A DNA stretch of 64,000 nucleotides from a virus (lineage: Duplodnaviria; Caudoviricetes). The stretch spans positions 1 to 64,000 of IMG/VR virus record IMGVR_UViG_3300028586_000001, one strand, 5' to 3'. Below are positions 16,903 to 25,760 of the stretch, piece by piece. Each line of letters begins with the position of its first letter. The stretch's first letter is position 1. The notes below the pieces were generated by a model. It was given only the letters and a program-made list of their open reading frames with translations. It searched no databases and had not been told where the DNA came from. The position numbers and the translations under genes were made by a program.

Positions 16903-17634
16903 ATGTCCAAAGTCACTACCGCCGCCACCTTCGCTGTGCAAATTCGCGCCCTGATGGGTGACAAGATTGCGGCAGTCATCGTCCGCAATGAGTTCGTCCG
17001 CGCCGCTATCTTGACTGCTGTCAAGGGTAACGCTACCCCATGGCTCGACGGCATGGCTGAAGCGGCCAAAGGTAAGGGCGCTGTCGCTGGCGCACTCATG
17101 GCAGGCTTTCATGCCGTGGGCATGATTGCAGTGTTTATCAAGCCGCAAGAGGCAGTGTCGGCTGAAGATCGCGCCGAACGCAATAGCGCCGAAGCCGACC
17201 GTCTGGCCGCTATCTTCGCCGATGCCTACAGCGCCGCCATGCCTGCCGAACCTACCGAAGCAGAAAAGCAGGCGAAGAAAGCAGAAAAAGAAGTTGCGCA
17301 GGCTGTCGCCCTGCAAAAAGCCGTGGACGAAGAAGTCAAGAAATTGGGCCTGATTGACCCTGTTACCCATGTGGCGACGACCGGCGACGTTATCCGCGCC
17401 ATGCTGGCAATCGTCAAGGATGGCAAGGTGGGCGATACCGAGCTGGACGACCTGCGCGCCGCTCTCGGTATGGAAGCGATCAAGACGCAAGCCTATAACG
17501 ATGGCATGGTTACCGGTCTGGCGAAAGCGGCCGACGATGCAACGGCGCTCGCACTGTCGAAAGCTGCTACCCCTACGGTGTCGCTCGAAAAAGCGCCAGC
17601 GAAGAAGGCAAGCCGCAAGCCTGCTACGGTCTAA
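16903..17634 (+). CDS. Isolated immediate-early hypothetical protein, Ala/Lys-rich
   Basis: 243 aa, GGAGA RBS, own promoter and hairpin, basic histone-like tail KAPAKKASRK. Confidence 0.85.
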   Translation: MSKVTTAATFAVQIRALMGDKIAAVIVRNEFVRAAILTAVKGNATPWLDGMAEAAKGKGAVAGALMAGFHAVGMIAVFIKPQEAVSAEDRAERNSAEADRLAAIFADAYSAAMPAEPTEAEKQAKKAEKEVAQAVALQKAVDEEVKKLGLIDPVTHVATTGDVIRAMLAIVKDGKVGDTELDDLRAALGMEAIKTQAYNDGMVTGLAKAADDATALALSKAATPTVSLEKAPAKKASRKPATV

Positions 17635-17645
17635 GGCCCGCCCCG

Positions 17646-17666
17646 CCTGCCCCTTCATGGGGCAGG
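17646..17666 (+). terminator. GC-rich hairpin after the immediate-early gene
   Basis: CCTGCCCC-TTCAT-GGGGCAGG. Lacks a U-tract, so it may be a weak terminator or a stabiliser. Confidence 0.55.
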
Positions 17667-18760
17667 ATCAAAGAATCTTACCTGATAGGCTCGCGCCGTT
17701 GCGCCGCCTGTAGGGTTCTTTGATCCTGTATTTGTAGGGTCGCACAAAACGATGCGACCCGATGCGCCGAAAAAGCCTGATATTTATATCTCGCTGGCGC
17801 ATGTTCTCTAGCCTATCAGTGATAGTCCTACTATCTCCGATTGTGCCGGTGAACGGTTCTTTAACAATGCGCATATGTGTTGCCGATAATCGGAATCTCC
17901 GATAAGCAATTGATCCTACGTGATCTAGTGCCTATCAGTGATGCGCCGATATATGCGGGGCATGTATGCAATGCAATCAATTAAGAATGACCGAACTACT
18001 GTGCAATACAGTAGACGGAATGAAAAGTTCCTACCCTGTGCATTGATGGCATGATTAGGCAGTGGCGTTACCCACTGCTAGAGGCATGCGTAATCGAATG
18101 TCAATAAGCATGTGTACAGGGCAAAGCGTGATAGGAGGAAACCGGAAAAGACTCGCCCCATGAGTAGCATCATGAAGGCTATCACCGGAAAATGGGGTTG
18201 TGCCCATGCCCCTATCACGATGACGACAACACTTAGTGTAGTGCCGCAAGAGCACTCCGCTTTGTGTGGAACGAACTAATTCTGTAGGAGGATGCGCCAG
18301 TCTAGTTAAAAGCTCACTGGCAAGATTCCGCACAGCCTGAATTGCTCCTCGGCATCCAACCAACGATGCGCGGCGGGCGATTCAGGGCTTGTGTCAATTA
18401 ATATTGAACAGTATTAATCGACACACGTAGCAAGCCTTAGTATGAGGGAATTATTGACACTTACGATCTCGATTGTGCTTGCTCAAACGAAACAAAACTC
18501 AAAGTTGTACTGGGATCAAGGATCAATGCAAGTCTGTCCACATAAGTGCGATGGAATTTTGCACAGTATTTAGGCAAGGTTTTGATGCCCCTTCATAGGG
18601 AGTGTCTTATCAAAACAACGTTTTAATACAGGATTGATGCTTTGTAAGTTAGTTTTTTAGGACGAAAATCATTTATTTTTGTTTTCCCTGAATTCATTTC
18701 TTGCCGTTTCCCAGTGTGGCGTGTTCCACTCGCAATTCATCAACCCTGAGCCAAACTACT

Positions 18761-19537
18761 ATGAACCTCGATTTTTTAAACGATTATCCACCTCGTTCCG
18801 TACCATACGGATGCAAGTCCCATCCGATGTATCAGCAGTGGAAGAAGATGCTGGACTCTTGCCAAGTCCAGACCGACAAGTTATTTCCGTTGATCGGTGG
18901 CAAAGGCATCACGGTCATCCATCGCTGGTTCGATTTCATGGAATTCGTCAACGACACCGAAGACGGCTTCCTCAACGGCACCGACCCCAGCGTTCCCGAA
19001 GCACTCGACCGTAAATTCCAGCGCCGTTATTTGCGCCGGATCAATACGAAGTCGGGCTTCAATCCAAAGAACGTGGAATGGGTGACTCGCGCCGAAGGTA
19101 CGGCCATCCAAGCCCGAACCGTTCTCGTTGACACCGTCCACGGCAAGGGCATGACCCTCAAGCAGTTGGCCGCGTACCTGGAAGCGCATCAAGGCGAAGA
19201 CCTCCCGCCTGACGCCACGATTTATACGGCCAAGGTCAAGGTGTACGACGATATGTCGGATCGCTTTGTGTATGACATTCGCAAGATCACGGAAATCCAA
19301 GCGATCAAGTTGCCCGAACTGCGTCGGCGCCACCGCCTGGGCCTGCCACTACTGGCCCCGGTTCGTGATTATGGCAAGGCGAACGACTATGACAACGAGC
19401 GTGAAGCGGCCCTGTGCGCTCGGCTCGACCGTGAGCGACCACCTGTGCAGCACGGCCAACCTCAGTGGGCCAAAGAGCGTGGTATCCCGGCAGCGACATC
19501 GACACTGCCACCGGCACGGCCCGACGCCGTGTTCTAA
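18761..19537 (+). CDS. Degenerate HNH homing-endonuclease-like protein
   Basis: HPMYQQWKKM..C....GGKGITV..RW..F.EF...LRRINTKSGFNPKNVEWVT parallels the phage HNH pattern YGGRGI.V..RW...LDRIDN..Y...NCRW. Confidence 0.6.
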   Translation: MNLDFLNDYPPRSVPYGCKSHPMYQQWKKMLDSCQVQTDKLFPLIGGKGITVIHRWFDFMEFVNDTEDGFLNGTDPSVPEALDRKFQRRYLRRINTKSGFNPKNVEWVTRAEGTAIQARTVLVDTVHGKGMTLKQLAAYLEAHQGEDLPPDATIYTAKVKVYDDMSDRFVYDIRKITEIQAIKLPELRRRHRLGLPLLAPVRDYGKANDYDNEREAALCARLDRERPPVQHGQPQWAKERGIPAATSTLPPARPDAVF

Positions 19538-19581
19538 ACGAAATCCAATTCCAATCTCAAACCGAAAGCGAATTCAACATC

Positions 19582-19788
19582 ATGAAAAAGCCCATCGCCA
19601 CCGTCCTCATTTCCCTGATCGTCCTGTTGCTGGCCTTCGTCGCCGGCTCGTTCTCGTGGGAAGCCCACGTCATGTCCCAGCCGGTGAGCATGGGCTATTT
19701 CGGTGTCGTGTTGCCTGTTCTGGCCGTGATCGCTGCCTTCTGCACTGGCCGCGCCGCGTCGCTCCTGTCCCAAACGCTGGAGGGCTGA
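19582..19788 (+). CDS. Small two-TM membrane protein
   Basis: MKKPIATVLISLIVLLLAF..., 68 aa. Confidence 0.65.
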   Translation: MKKPIATVLISLIVLLLAFVAGSFSWEAHVMSQPVSMGYFGVVLPVLAVIAAFCTGRAASLLSQTLEG

Positions 19789-19790
19789 TC

Positions 19791-20093
19791 ATGTGCATCG
19801 CCACCCTGCTCGCCGCCATCACCGACACCGCCATGGCCGGTGACCCTGCCGAGCTGAATCGGATTGCCAAGGATTACGCCTACTACAAGGCCGATCCGAA
19901 TACCCAGCAATTGCAGGCCCACCTCGACGCTGACGTGGAACTGTTCGATGAGACGCCGGTCGATCTCGCCTGGGCCAAGACCATCGAGCGAGCCAGGCGC
20001 CGCAAGATGCCGAAAACCGCCGACATGCTGGCCAGCTTCCGGGCCGGTGTCGAGGTCAACCGCTATGCCAGCACCCTGGCAATGGGTCACTGA
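19791..20093 (+). CDS. Hypothetical early protein
   Basis: GGAGG RBS, ATG 19791. Confidence 0.65.
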   Translation: MCIATLLAAITDTAMAGDPAELNRIAKDYAYYKADPNTQQLQAHLDADVELFDETPVDLAWAKTIERARRRKMPKTADMLASFRAGVEVNRYASTLAMGH

Positions 20094-20095
20094 CC

Positions 20096-20536
20096 ATGCC
20101 CAAACTGAAACGAATCCACCGATTCGGGGCCTTCCTGCGGCTGTATGGCCCCGCCAAGGCCCGAACGGGTGCTGTGATGGTGCTCGGTCGGCCTGACGAG
20201 CCTGACACGCCTCGGGGCTTTCTGGACGAGCTGGACGAGGAAGACAAGATCGAGAAGATCGGCCGATCCAACACACTGGCCACTGGATACCGGCTGCACC
20301 TTGCCGGTGGGCAGCGTGTCACCTTGCCCAGCCTCGGTTCGACCCGGCGTCTGACGAACCTTCCGTGGGTTCCAACCGTGGTTTGGCGAAACGGTGTGAC
20401 CCATACGCCTTTGGTGTGTGCTGGGAGCTACATCGTCCACAGTTATGCTCATGCACATGCACTCCGAAGGCAACTAGATATACGGAAGAACGTAACCCCG
20501 TGTGCTGCCTGCGGCAAGTTCCATTTCAACACCTAA
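20096..20536 (+). CDS. Hypothetical early protein, C-terminal CxxC
   Basis: 146 aa, tiles with neighbours. Confidence 0.55.
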   Translation: MPKLKRIHRFGAFLRLYGPAKARTGAVMVLGRPDEPDTPRGFLDELDEEDKIEKIGRSNTLATGYRLHLAGGQRVTLPSLGSTRRLTNLPWVPTVVWRNGVTHTPLVCAGSYIVHSYAHAHALRRQLDIRKNVTPCAACGKFHFNT

Positions 20537-20550
20537 ACCGAGTCAAAACC

Positions 20551-20667
20551 ATGACCATCATCATCGTCGCAACCAGCGGCACCGCCATCGTCACTCCAAA
20601 CCCGACCGCCGTTGCCAATCTGGCGCTGGCTGTCGCCGCCTTCAACGCTTCCATTGTCCGGGGCTAA
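20551..20667 (+). CDS. 38-aa hydrophobic peptide
   Basis: MTIIIVATSGTAIVTPNPTAVANLALAVAAFNASIVRG. Confidence 0.4.
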   Translation: MTIIIVATSGTAIVTPNPTAVANLALAVAAFNASIVRG

Positions 20668-20670
20668 GTC

Positions 20671-20934
20671 ATGGCCATCCCAACCGATCTGACCCACGCC
20701 GAAGTCGGGGCGTATCTCATTGCCATCGGCACCCACATGGTTGATCAAGACGTGTGCGCTGAGGCCGTTGTCGATGCCGAGTTCCTGAAGGATGAAGGCT
20801 ACGCTCTCCCACTCGCTGCCGAGATGATGGCGGGTGAGACCTACCGTGGCATCGAGACCGAACGTGCCCTCGAAATCCTCACCAACCTGACGCTCGAAGA
20901 AGCGATCACTTTCGTCAATATTAAGGAGCAATGA
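20671..20934 (+). CDS. Small acidic hypothetical protein
   Basis: 87 aa, tiles with neighbours. Confidence 0.65.
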   Translation: MAIPTDLTHAEVGAYLIAIGTHMVDQDVCAEAVVDAEFLKDEGYALPLAAEMMAGETYRGIETERALEILTNLTLEEAITFVNIKEQ

Positions 20935-21251
20935 TGCGTGCAATTCTGATCGACCCTGTAGAAAAGACTGTGACTGAAATCAGTTTCGCCGGTGGCCTCG
21001 ATGCCATGTATGCCGTGCTCAATTGCAGCAGCGTGGAGCTGGCGCCGCACCGCCTGCCCGGTGGCAAGAACTTCCTCTATGTCGATGAGGAGGGCTTGTT
21101 CAAGGAAGGCACTGGCTCCTACGTGATCTACGGCGCTCCCGCACCCTATGTCGGACGCGGCCTGATCGTAGGTGCCAGTGCCAAGGGCAGCGACATCGCC
21201 ACCAAGCTCAGCATCGAGGTGGCCCGTGAACTCATCGTTTTCGTAGACTAA
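20931..21251 (+). CDS. DUF3846-like protein
   Basis: RAILIDP...LYVDEEGL...G.G.I.G pattern, AAGGAG RBS. Confidence 0.7.
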   Translation: MMRAILIDPVEKTVTEISFAGGLDAMYAVLNCSSVELAPHRLPGGKNFLYVDEEGLFKEGTGSYVIYGAPAPYVGRGLIVGASAKGSDIATKLSIEVARELIVFVD

Positions 21252-21282
21252 ACGTCAACACTTAATTTCAAAAGGAAACAAA

Positions 21283-21477
21283 ATGTCTGAAGATAACCCA
21301 GAATTGGATCTCGAATCGAGCATGACCACTGCCGAACGCACGGTCGTGGATCGTATGCGTGACCGTGGCTTCGTCGTTGTGATCTGGACGCCTGCCGAAC
21401 TTGCCGCCGTCGAAGACCTGGGCGACCTCGAAAGCATCGTGATCGAGCGTGGCAACCAGCACATCGAAGGGAGCTGA
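21283..21477 (+). CDS. Hypothetical protein
   Basis: AAGGAAAC RBS, 64 aa. Confidence 0.65.
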   Translation: MSEDNPELDLESSMTTAERTVVDRMRDRGFVVVIWTPAELAAVEDLGDLESIVIERGNQHIEGS

Positions 21478-21478
21478 G

Positions 21479-21667
21479 ATGGAAACTCTCAACGGGTACG
21501 TTGCTTTCTTCAACGGAAAGCGCCACGAGCTGGACGCCGAATCGCTGTATGCAGCCAAGACCGCAGCAGTCGCCCACTTCAAACCGACTAAGTCCAAGGC
21601 CCACCTTGTCAGCGTCGTGCTGGCTGAAGTTGGCGGTCAACCTGTCACCCACGTCGCAACGGACTGA
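21479..21667 (+). CDS. Conserved-looking small phage protein
   Basis: NGYVAFFNGKR.E..A.SLYAAK pattern, GGGAG RBS. Confidence 0.65.
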   Translation: METLNGYVAFFNGKRHELDAESLYAAKTAAVAHFKPTKSKAHLVSVVLAEVGGQPVTHVATD

Positions 21668-21670
21668 GCT

Positions 21671-21865
21671 ATGGCACACACGACCATCACCGTGACCGTC
21701 GAGATCAAAATCGACGGTGAGATTTCGGAAGACGACCTGCACGCCATTCAATCCAATATGCACGAAGCAGTTGATCGCGCTTATTTCAACGGAGCATTTA
21801 CCCAAGATACTGAAGTCGAAATTGAACTGGTTTCGATTAAGGGTCACTCAGAGGAGTCACCATGA
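21671..21865 (+). CDS. Small acidic hypothetical protein
   Basis: 64 aa, tiles. Confidence 0.55.
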   Translation: MAHTTITVTVEIKIDGEISEDDLHAIQSNMHEAVDRAYFNGAFTQDTEVEIELVSIKGHSEESP

Positions 21866-22608
21866 ACAAAATCCACACCCCTGAAACTGCTTACACCATG
21901 CTCGGTGTCGAAGGTCGTATGTTCGACAAGGTGCTCAACACCGAAACCGGCCTGTTCCTCAACCAGAAGTTCAAGGCGACCCGCCCGTACAACCCGGATG
22001 ATCCTGACGGTCCGAAAATCACCGTCAAGGTTCGATTCGATGATAGCTGCGGGAACGGTCACCAGTCGTTTTCGATCATCACTGAAAGCGGTTGTGCACA
22101 CGACGATGTGGCCAAGTTATTCCCTGAGCTGGCCCACCTGATCAAGTGGCACCTGACCAGCACGAATGGTCCGATGCACTACATCGCCAACACCTGCTTC
22201 CACGCATCGAACCTCGATCACTATGGGCTGGCCAAGGGTGAGAAGCGCCAGATCATCAACGGCAAGTCCGGACTACTAGCATGGATACTTGCCACGGTCG
22301 ATGACACCGGCAACGAAGTCGAAACCGAGCCAAAAAAGTCGCTCGACTCCGCTGAAAAGCCAGCCGTTTCATACCGTATGGAGTATGTCCCCTGGACACG
22401 AACCGGCGAGGGAAAGGAGCGCCAGCTTGACTATGCCCGCAGATCTGCTGTCTGGCCGGAAGCGACCGACGAACAGCTCTGCTTGCCACGGGCTGAACTC
22501 GAAGCCCTGCTGATGGCGCGACAACCAGCGCTGATGGCTGCTTTCCGGGCCGATATGGAATCGATCGGCATGCTGTGGGAACAACCAGTCGAAAGCGAAT
22601 CGAAATGA
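21862..22608 (+). CDS. Hypothetical early protein
   Basis: 248 aa, GAGGAG RBS, ATGA coupling. Confidence 0.7.
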   Translation: MNKIHTPETAYTMLGVEGRMFDKVLNTETGLFLNQKFKATRPYNPDDPDGPKITVKVRFDDSCGNGHQSFSIITESGCAHDDVAKLFPELAHLIKWHLTSTNGPMHYIANTCFHASNLDHYGLAKGEKRQIINGKSGLLAWILATVDDTGNEVETEPKKSLDSAEKPAVSYRMEYVPWTRTGEGKERQLDYARRSAVWPEATDEQLCLPRAELEALLMARQPALMAAFRADMESIGMLWEQPVESESK

Positions 22609-22964
22609 CTTACCTCCGTGTAATCCCTCGTGATCTGTTCAACGAAGCGAACCTGCTCAAGTGCCACGGCCAGCTCTATCTCAATATCGAGACACTGAAC
22701 CTGCCGGGTGTGGAGCTGGTGCATGAATATGATGACGAACCGTTCGACATTGCCATGGACCCGAACGATGGGTCGCTGATGTTGCTCAATGTCCGGTTGT
22801 GGGTTCACGGGGAGCCACACATCCTGTTCAGGCCGCTGAACAGCAGGGAACCCTGGCCGCTGTACCTTGACGGTACTGAGGCTCCTGAACCAATCGCAGT
22901 GTTCACCGACACCGGCAAGTTCACCGCCGAGTTTGAATCCTTTCTGAAAAGCCAACCATCATGA
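22605..22964 (+). CDS. Hypothetical early protein
   Basis: MTYLRVIPRDLFNEANLLKC, ATGA coupling. Confidence 0.7.
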   Translation: MTYLRVIPRDLFNEANLLKCHGQLYLNIETLNLPGVELVHEYDDEPFDIAMDPNDGSLMLLNVRLWVHGEPHILFRPLNSREPWPLYLDGTEAPEPIAVFTDTGKFTAEFESFLKSQPS

Positions 22965-23239
22965 ACCGCCCTACTTCCGGAACCACCGAGTTCCGCTACG
23001 TCATTGCTGCCAACCGCGCCACCACGGTCATGTCGAACACTGCGCTGTGCCTGCTGGCGCTGGCTGTGCTCGTCATGTGCATCATCAGCTTCATGGACGC
23101 TACCGACACCCGGCCGAAACTGGGGTCGAAGGCGTGCATCGTTGCACAGAACAAGTTTTCCGATCTGAACAAGAGCCTCGCCCGCGACTATGCCCGAGCC
23201 GAGGAGTTCACGGTTCGCCTGACCGACCTGTGCAAGTAA
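22961..23239 (+). CDS. Membrane-anchored Cys-containing protein
   Basis: 92 aa, TM at about residues 25-45. Confidence 0.6.
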   Translation: MNRPTSGTTEFRYVIAANRATTVMSNTALCLLALAVLVMCIISFMDATDTRPKLGSKACIVAQNKFSDLNKSLARDYARAEEFTVRLTDLCK

Positions 23240-23256
23240 CGTAGGATTCAAATCGT

Positions 23257-23625
23257 ATGCCGAAACTGAGTGAGAAGATGATCGACGTGTGCATCGCCAC
23301 CGTCTGCGCCGTGGCCCTAGTCAGTGTAGGGATCTGGTATTTCGATACACCGGAGCACCCATCGGGCTACATCGACATCGTCCCGATCCGTGGCACTGCC
23401 ACCTGCCATGCAGCACAAAGCGCATTCCTTGCTGGGCCTATCGAGCGCACCGCATCGAGCCGCCCGATATCGGAACAAGTCCGGGACATCTGCCGTGACC
23501 CATCACCCGTTGATTGCGAAACCAATCAGTCTGGCCCCGACGTGATGTATTCCAAGGGTGACCTCGATGACTCGAACTGGGACAGTCGGGAGTTCTATGA
23601 ATACTGCCAGCGGGTGCGCTCATGA
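23257..23625 (+). CDS. Membrane-anchored Cys-rich protein
   Basis: 122 aa, N-terminal TM, four Cys after the TM. Confidence 0.6.
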   Translation: MPKLSEKMIDVCIATVCAVALVSVGIWYFDTPEHPSGYIDIVPIRGTATCHAAQSAFLAGPIERTASSRPISEQVRDICRDPSPVDCETNQSGPDVMYSKGDLDDSNWDSREFYEYCQRVRS

Positions 23626-23876
23626 AGGCCCAGACGCAAGAGATGATAGCGGTGACGGTCTGCGTGGCCGTTGTTTCGGGGTTTCTAACATGGGCCTCGA
23701 ACGTGCAGCAGAAGCGGCACGAGACTGAAGCGAAGTACCGGACGGTTTGCACCAACCTTGCCAAGGTCATCAGCCGGGAGACACCTATCTCCACGGACCT
23801 TGTCCGAAACACGGAAGGCGAACTGCGCTGTGTAGTGATTGTGCCATATGAGTTTTCCGATGAAACCGAAGACTAA
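23622..23876 (+). CDS. Membrane-anchored protein
   Basis: 84 aa, N-terminal TM, two Cys after the TM. Confidence 0.55.
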   Translation: MKAQTQEMIAVTVCVAVVSGFLTWASNVQQKRHETEAKYRTVCTNLAKVISRETPISTDLVRNTEGELRCVVIVPYEFSDETED

Positions 23877-24294
23877 AGCCAGGATCACCGCCATCCGACC
23901 TGCCGACGAAACCAGTCAAGTGCTGGAGGTCACAGGCGGTGGCGCTGGTCATCGGAAGCAACCCTGCGGTGGTTGCCCGTGGCGTACCGATCAAGACGGG
24001 ATGTTCCCGGCTGAGGCTTTCCGCATCTCGGCGCCGACCGCTTATGATATGTCAGACAGGACGTTTGCCTGCCATGAAAGCGGATCGAAGAAGCCTGCCA
24101 CCTGTGCGGGCTTTCTGCTGAAAAATGCAGACAACAATATGGCTGTGCGCCTGTCCATGATCAACGGTGAGGACTTCCGGGACGTGCATGACGGTGGGCA
24201 CGAGCTTCATGATTCGTACCGCTCCATGGCTGAGGCCAATGGCGTGGGCCCTGATGACCCAACACTTGCCCGATGCAGGGCTAATCGAAAATAG
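23860..24294 (+). CDS. DUF6283-like Cys/His metal-binding protein
   Basis: PCGGCPWR, FACHESG, TCAGFL motifs. Confidence 0.7.
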   Translation: MKPKTKARITAIRPADETSQVLEVTGGGAGHRKQPCGGCPWRTDQDGMFPAEAFRISAPTAYDMSDRTFACHESGSKKPATCAGFLLKNADNNMAVRLSMINGEDFRDVHDGGHELHDSYRSMAEANGVGPDDPTLARCRANRK

Positions 24295-24305
24295 GAAGCA
24301 ACATC

Positions 24306-24755
24306 ATGCTCATTCATAAATCGGCCTGCGTCTCGGCCATCGCCATCTACCGTGCCTGCCGCCATGACACTGACGGCAGCGCCATGCACCTCTGGGCAGA
24401 AACCCAAGGTTGGGGTGCTATCGAGTTCTGGATCGAGATCGCTAACCTCGCGGCGCTCAGTGCTGATCTGGCCGCTCAGGTTGCCGACTGTTCTGACTTC
24501 AATACCGAATCTTTCCCCGGCGTCTATGCCTACGAGGTGGACGAGGAGCTGGGTGAGCGCCTGTGGCTGCTGGTCTGCGAAGGCAAGCTCAAGTCGCTCG
24601 ATGGCCCGCTGGCCAAGTATTGGCTCGGTCGTCTGGCCCACCTGTTCTTCAGCCAGAACGAGCAAGGCGGTGTATCGGACCGGCCGGTGGCTAACGCCAT
24701 TATCGAGACCTTGACGGGCTACGGTAACTGCCTCGGTGAACCGGAGGATGCGTAA
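24306..24755 (+). CDS. Hypothetical early protein
   Basis: 149 aa, AGGAAG RBS. Confidence 0.65.
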   Translation: MLIHKSACVSAIAIYRACRHDTDGSAMHLWAETQGWGAIEFWIEIANLAALSADLAAQVADCSDFNTESFPGVYAYEVDEELGERLWLLVCEGKLKSLDGPLAKYWLGRLAHLFFSQNEQGGVSDRPVANAIIETLTGYGNCLGEPEDA

Positions 24756-25126
24756 TGGCCCTCGCCACCGACATCGAACTTATCCTGGCCCTGCAAGCTG
24801 CCCGGAATCGAATCCTGAGCGGGCGCAACGATTACATCTGCGTGGCGCTGCATTGTGCACGGGATGACGGGCTGTGTACCCGGCACGCTTCCAGGGAGCT
24901 GCGTGAGTACATCGAAGCGCAGCTTGATGGGTGCGGGATGCTGGAGATGTACCTGGAACAGCAAGGCGTCATCAAGCTCGACCGCAGCACTGCGGCGCTT
25001 CGCATCGTGGTCCCCGGCATCGACATCATCTACTGCCCCGTCGCCACCGAGTACCTTCGACCAGCACGGCTCGCCTGGATCGACCGCATGATCCACGAGC
25101 TGCAAACCAACGGGCGGTTGCCCTAA
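24755..25126 (+). CDS. Hypothetical early protein
   Basis: 123 aa, GGAGG RBS, RLAWIDRMI motif. Confidence 0.65.
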   Translation: MALATDIELILALQAARNRILSGRNDYICVALHCARDDGLCTRHASRELREYIEAQLDGCGMLEMYLEQQGVIKLDRSTAALRIVVPGIDIIYCPVATEYLRPARLAWIDRMIHELQTNGRLP

Positions 25127-25152
25127 CTACACCGACTATAGGAGCCAACAAC

Positions 25153-25485
25153 ATGGCCATGACCGAAAAGCAAATCAAGGTTCTTCGTGAACTCTATGAC
25201 GCACTGTTCAGAGCTGACAACGTATTGAATCCTGAAGGGACTAGTTTGATTGACCTTATCATCATCCGGTCCGGTCTCAAGCGCAAAGATGTGACGGACT
25301 TCATGAACGCTGTGACTGAGATGGTCGATGACCTTCCGACCTACGAGGTCGTCAAGTTCTACCGTGATGCCAACATCGCTGCCGAGGTCATTTTCACCGG
25401 CCTCGAAAAGGAAGAAGCCAAGGGTCATTGCCGGGGTGATGACTCCTTCGGTGAGGACTGGTTCTACGGCTTCCGGGAGGAATGA
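25153..25485 (+). CDS. Hypothetical early protein
   Basis: AGGAG RBS, ATG 25153. Confidence 0.65.
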   Translation: MAMTEKQIKVLRELYDALFRADNVLNPEGTSLIDLIIIRSGLKRKDVTDFMNAVTEMVDDLPTYEVVKFYRDANIAAEVIFTGLEKEEAKGHCRGDDSFGEDWFYGFREE

Positions 25486-25760
25486 TGATCCCCGCAATGG
25501 CCTACATGCTGGGCGACGAAACGAAGACGGCACTGAAGCAAGCCCACGAAGCTTGGATGGCCAGAATCAAGGCCCGTGGCGAGCCTACGTTCACCTACAC
25601 CGTGGCGTGCTGCGGCACCCATATCGAAGGTCGTCTGACCGGCAGCCCAAACGAGAAGTGGGACACGACGGCAACCTGCTACGGCTGCGGCGCTGTCTAC
25701 GTCAAGAAGACGTTCCACGACCGAATCGAAACCTACGTCCCAGAAAGGACTCCAGAATGA
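25482..25760 (+). CDS. Small zinc-ribbon-like protein
   Basis: CCG and CYGC motifs, GGAGG RBS. Confidence 0.6.
   Translation: MMIPAMAYMLGDETKTALKQAHEAWMARIKARGEPTFTYTVACCGTHIEGRLTGSPNEKWDTTATCYGCGAVYVKKTFHDRIETYVPERTPE

Noticed and set aside
17635-18760. tRNA genes in the non-coding block
   Set aside because: No T-loop GTTCRA within a cloverleaf found by eye. tRNAscan-SE or ARAGORN would settle it.
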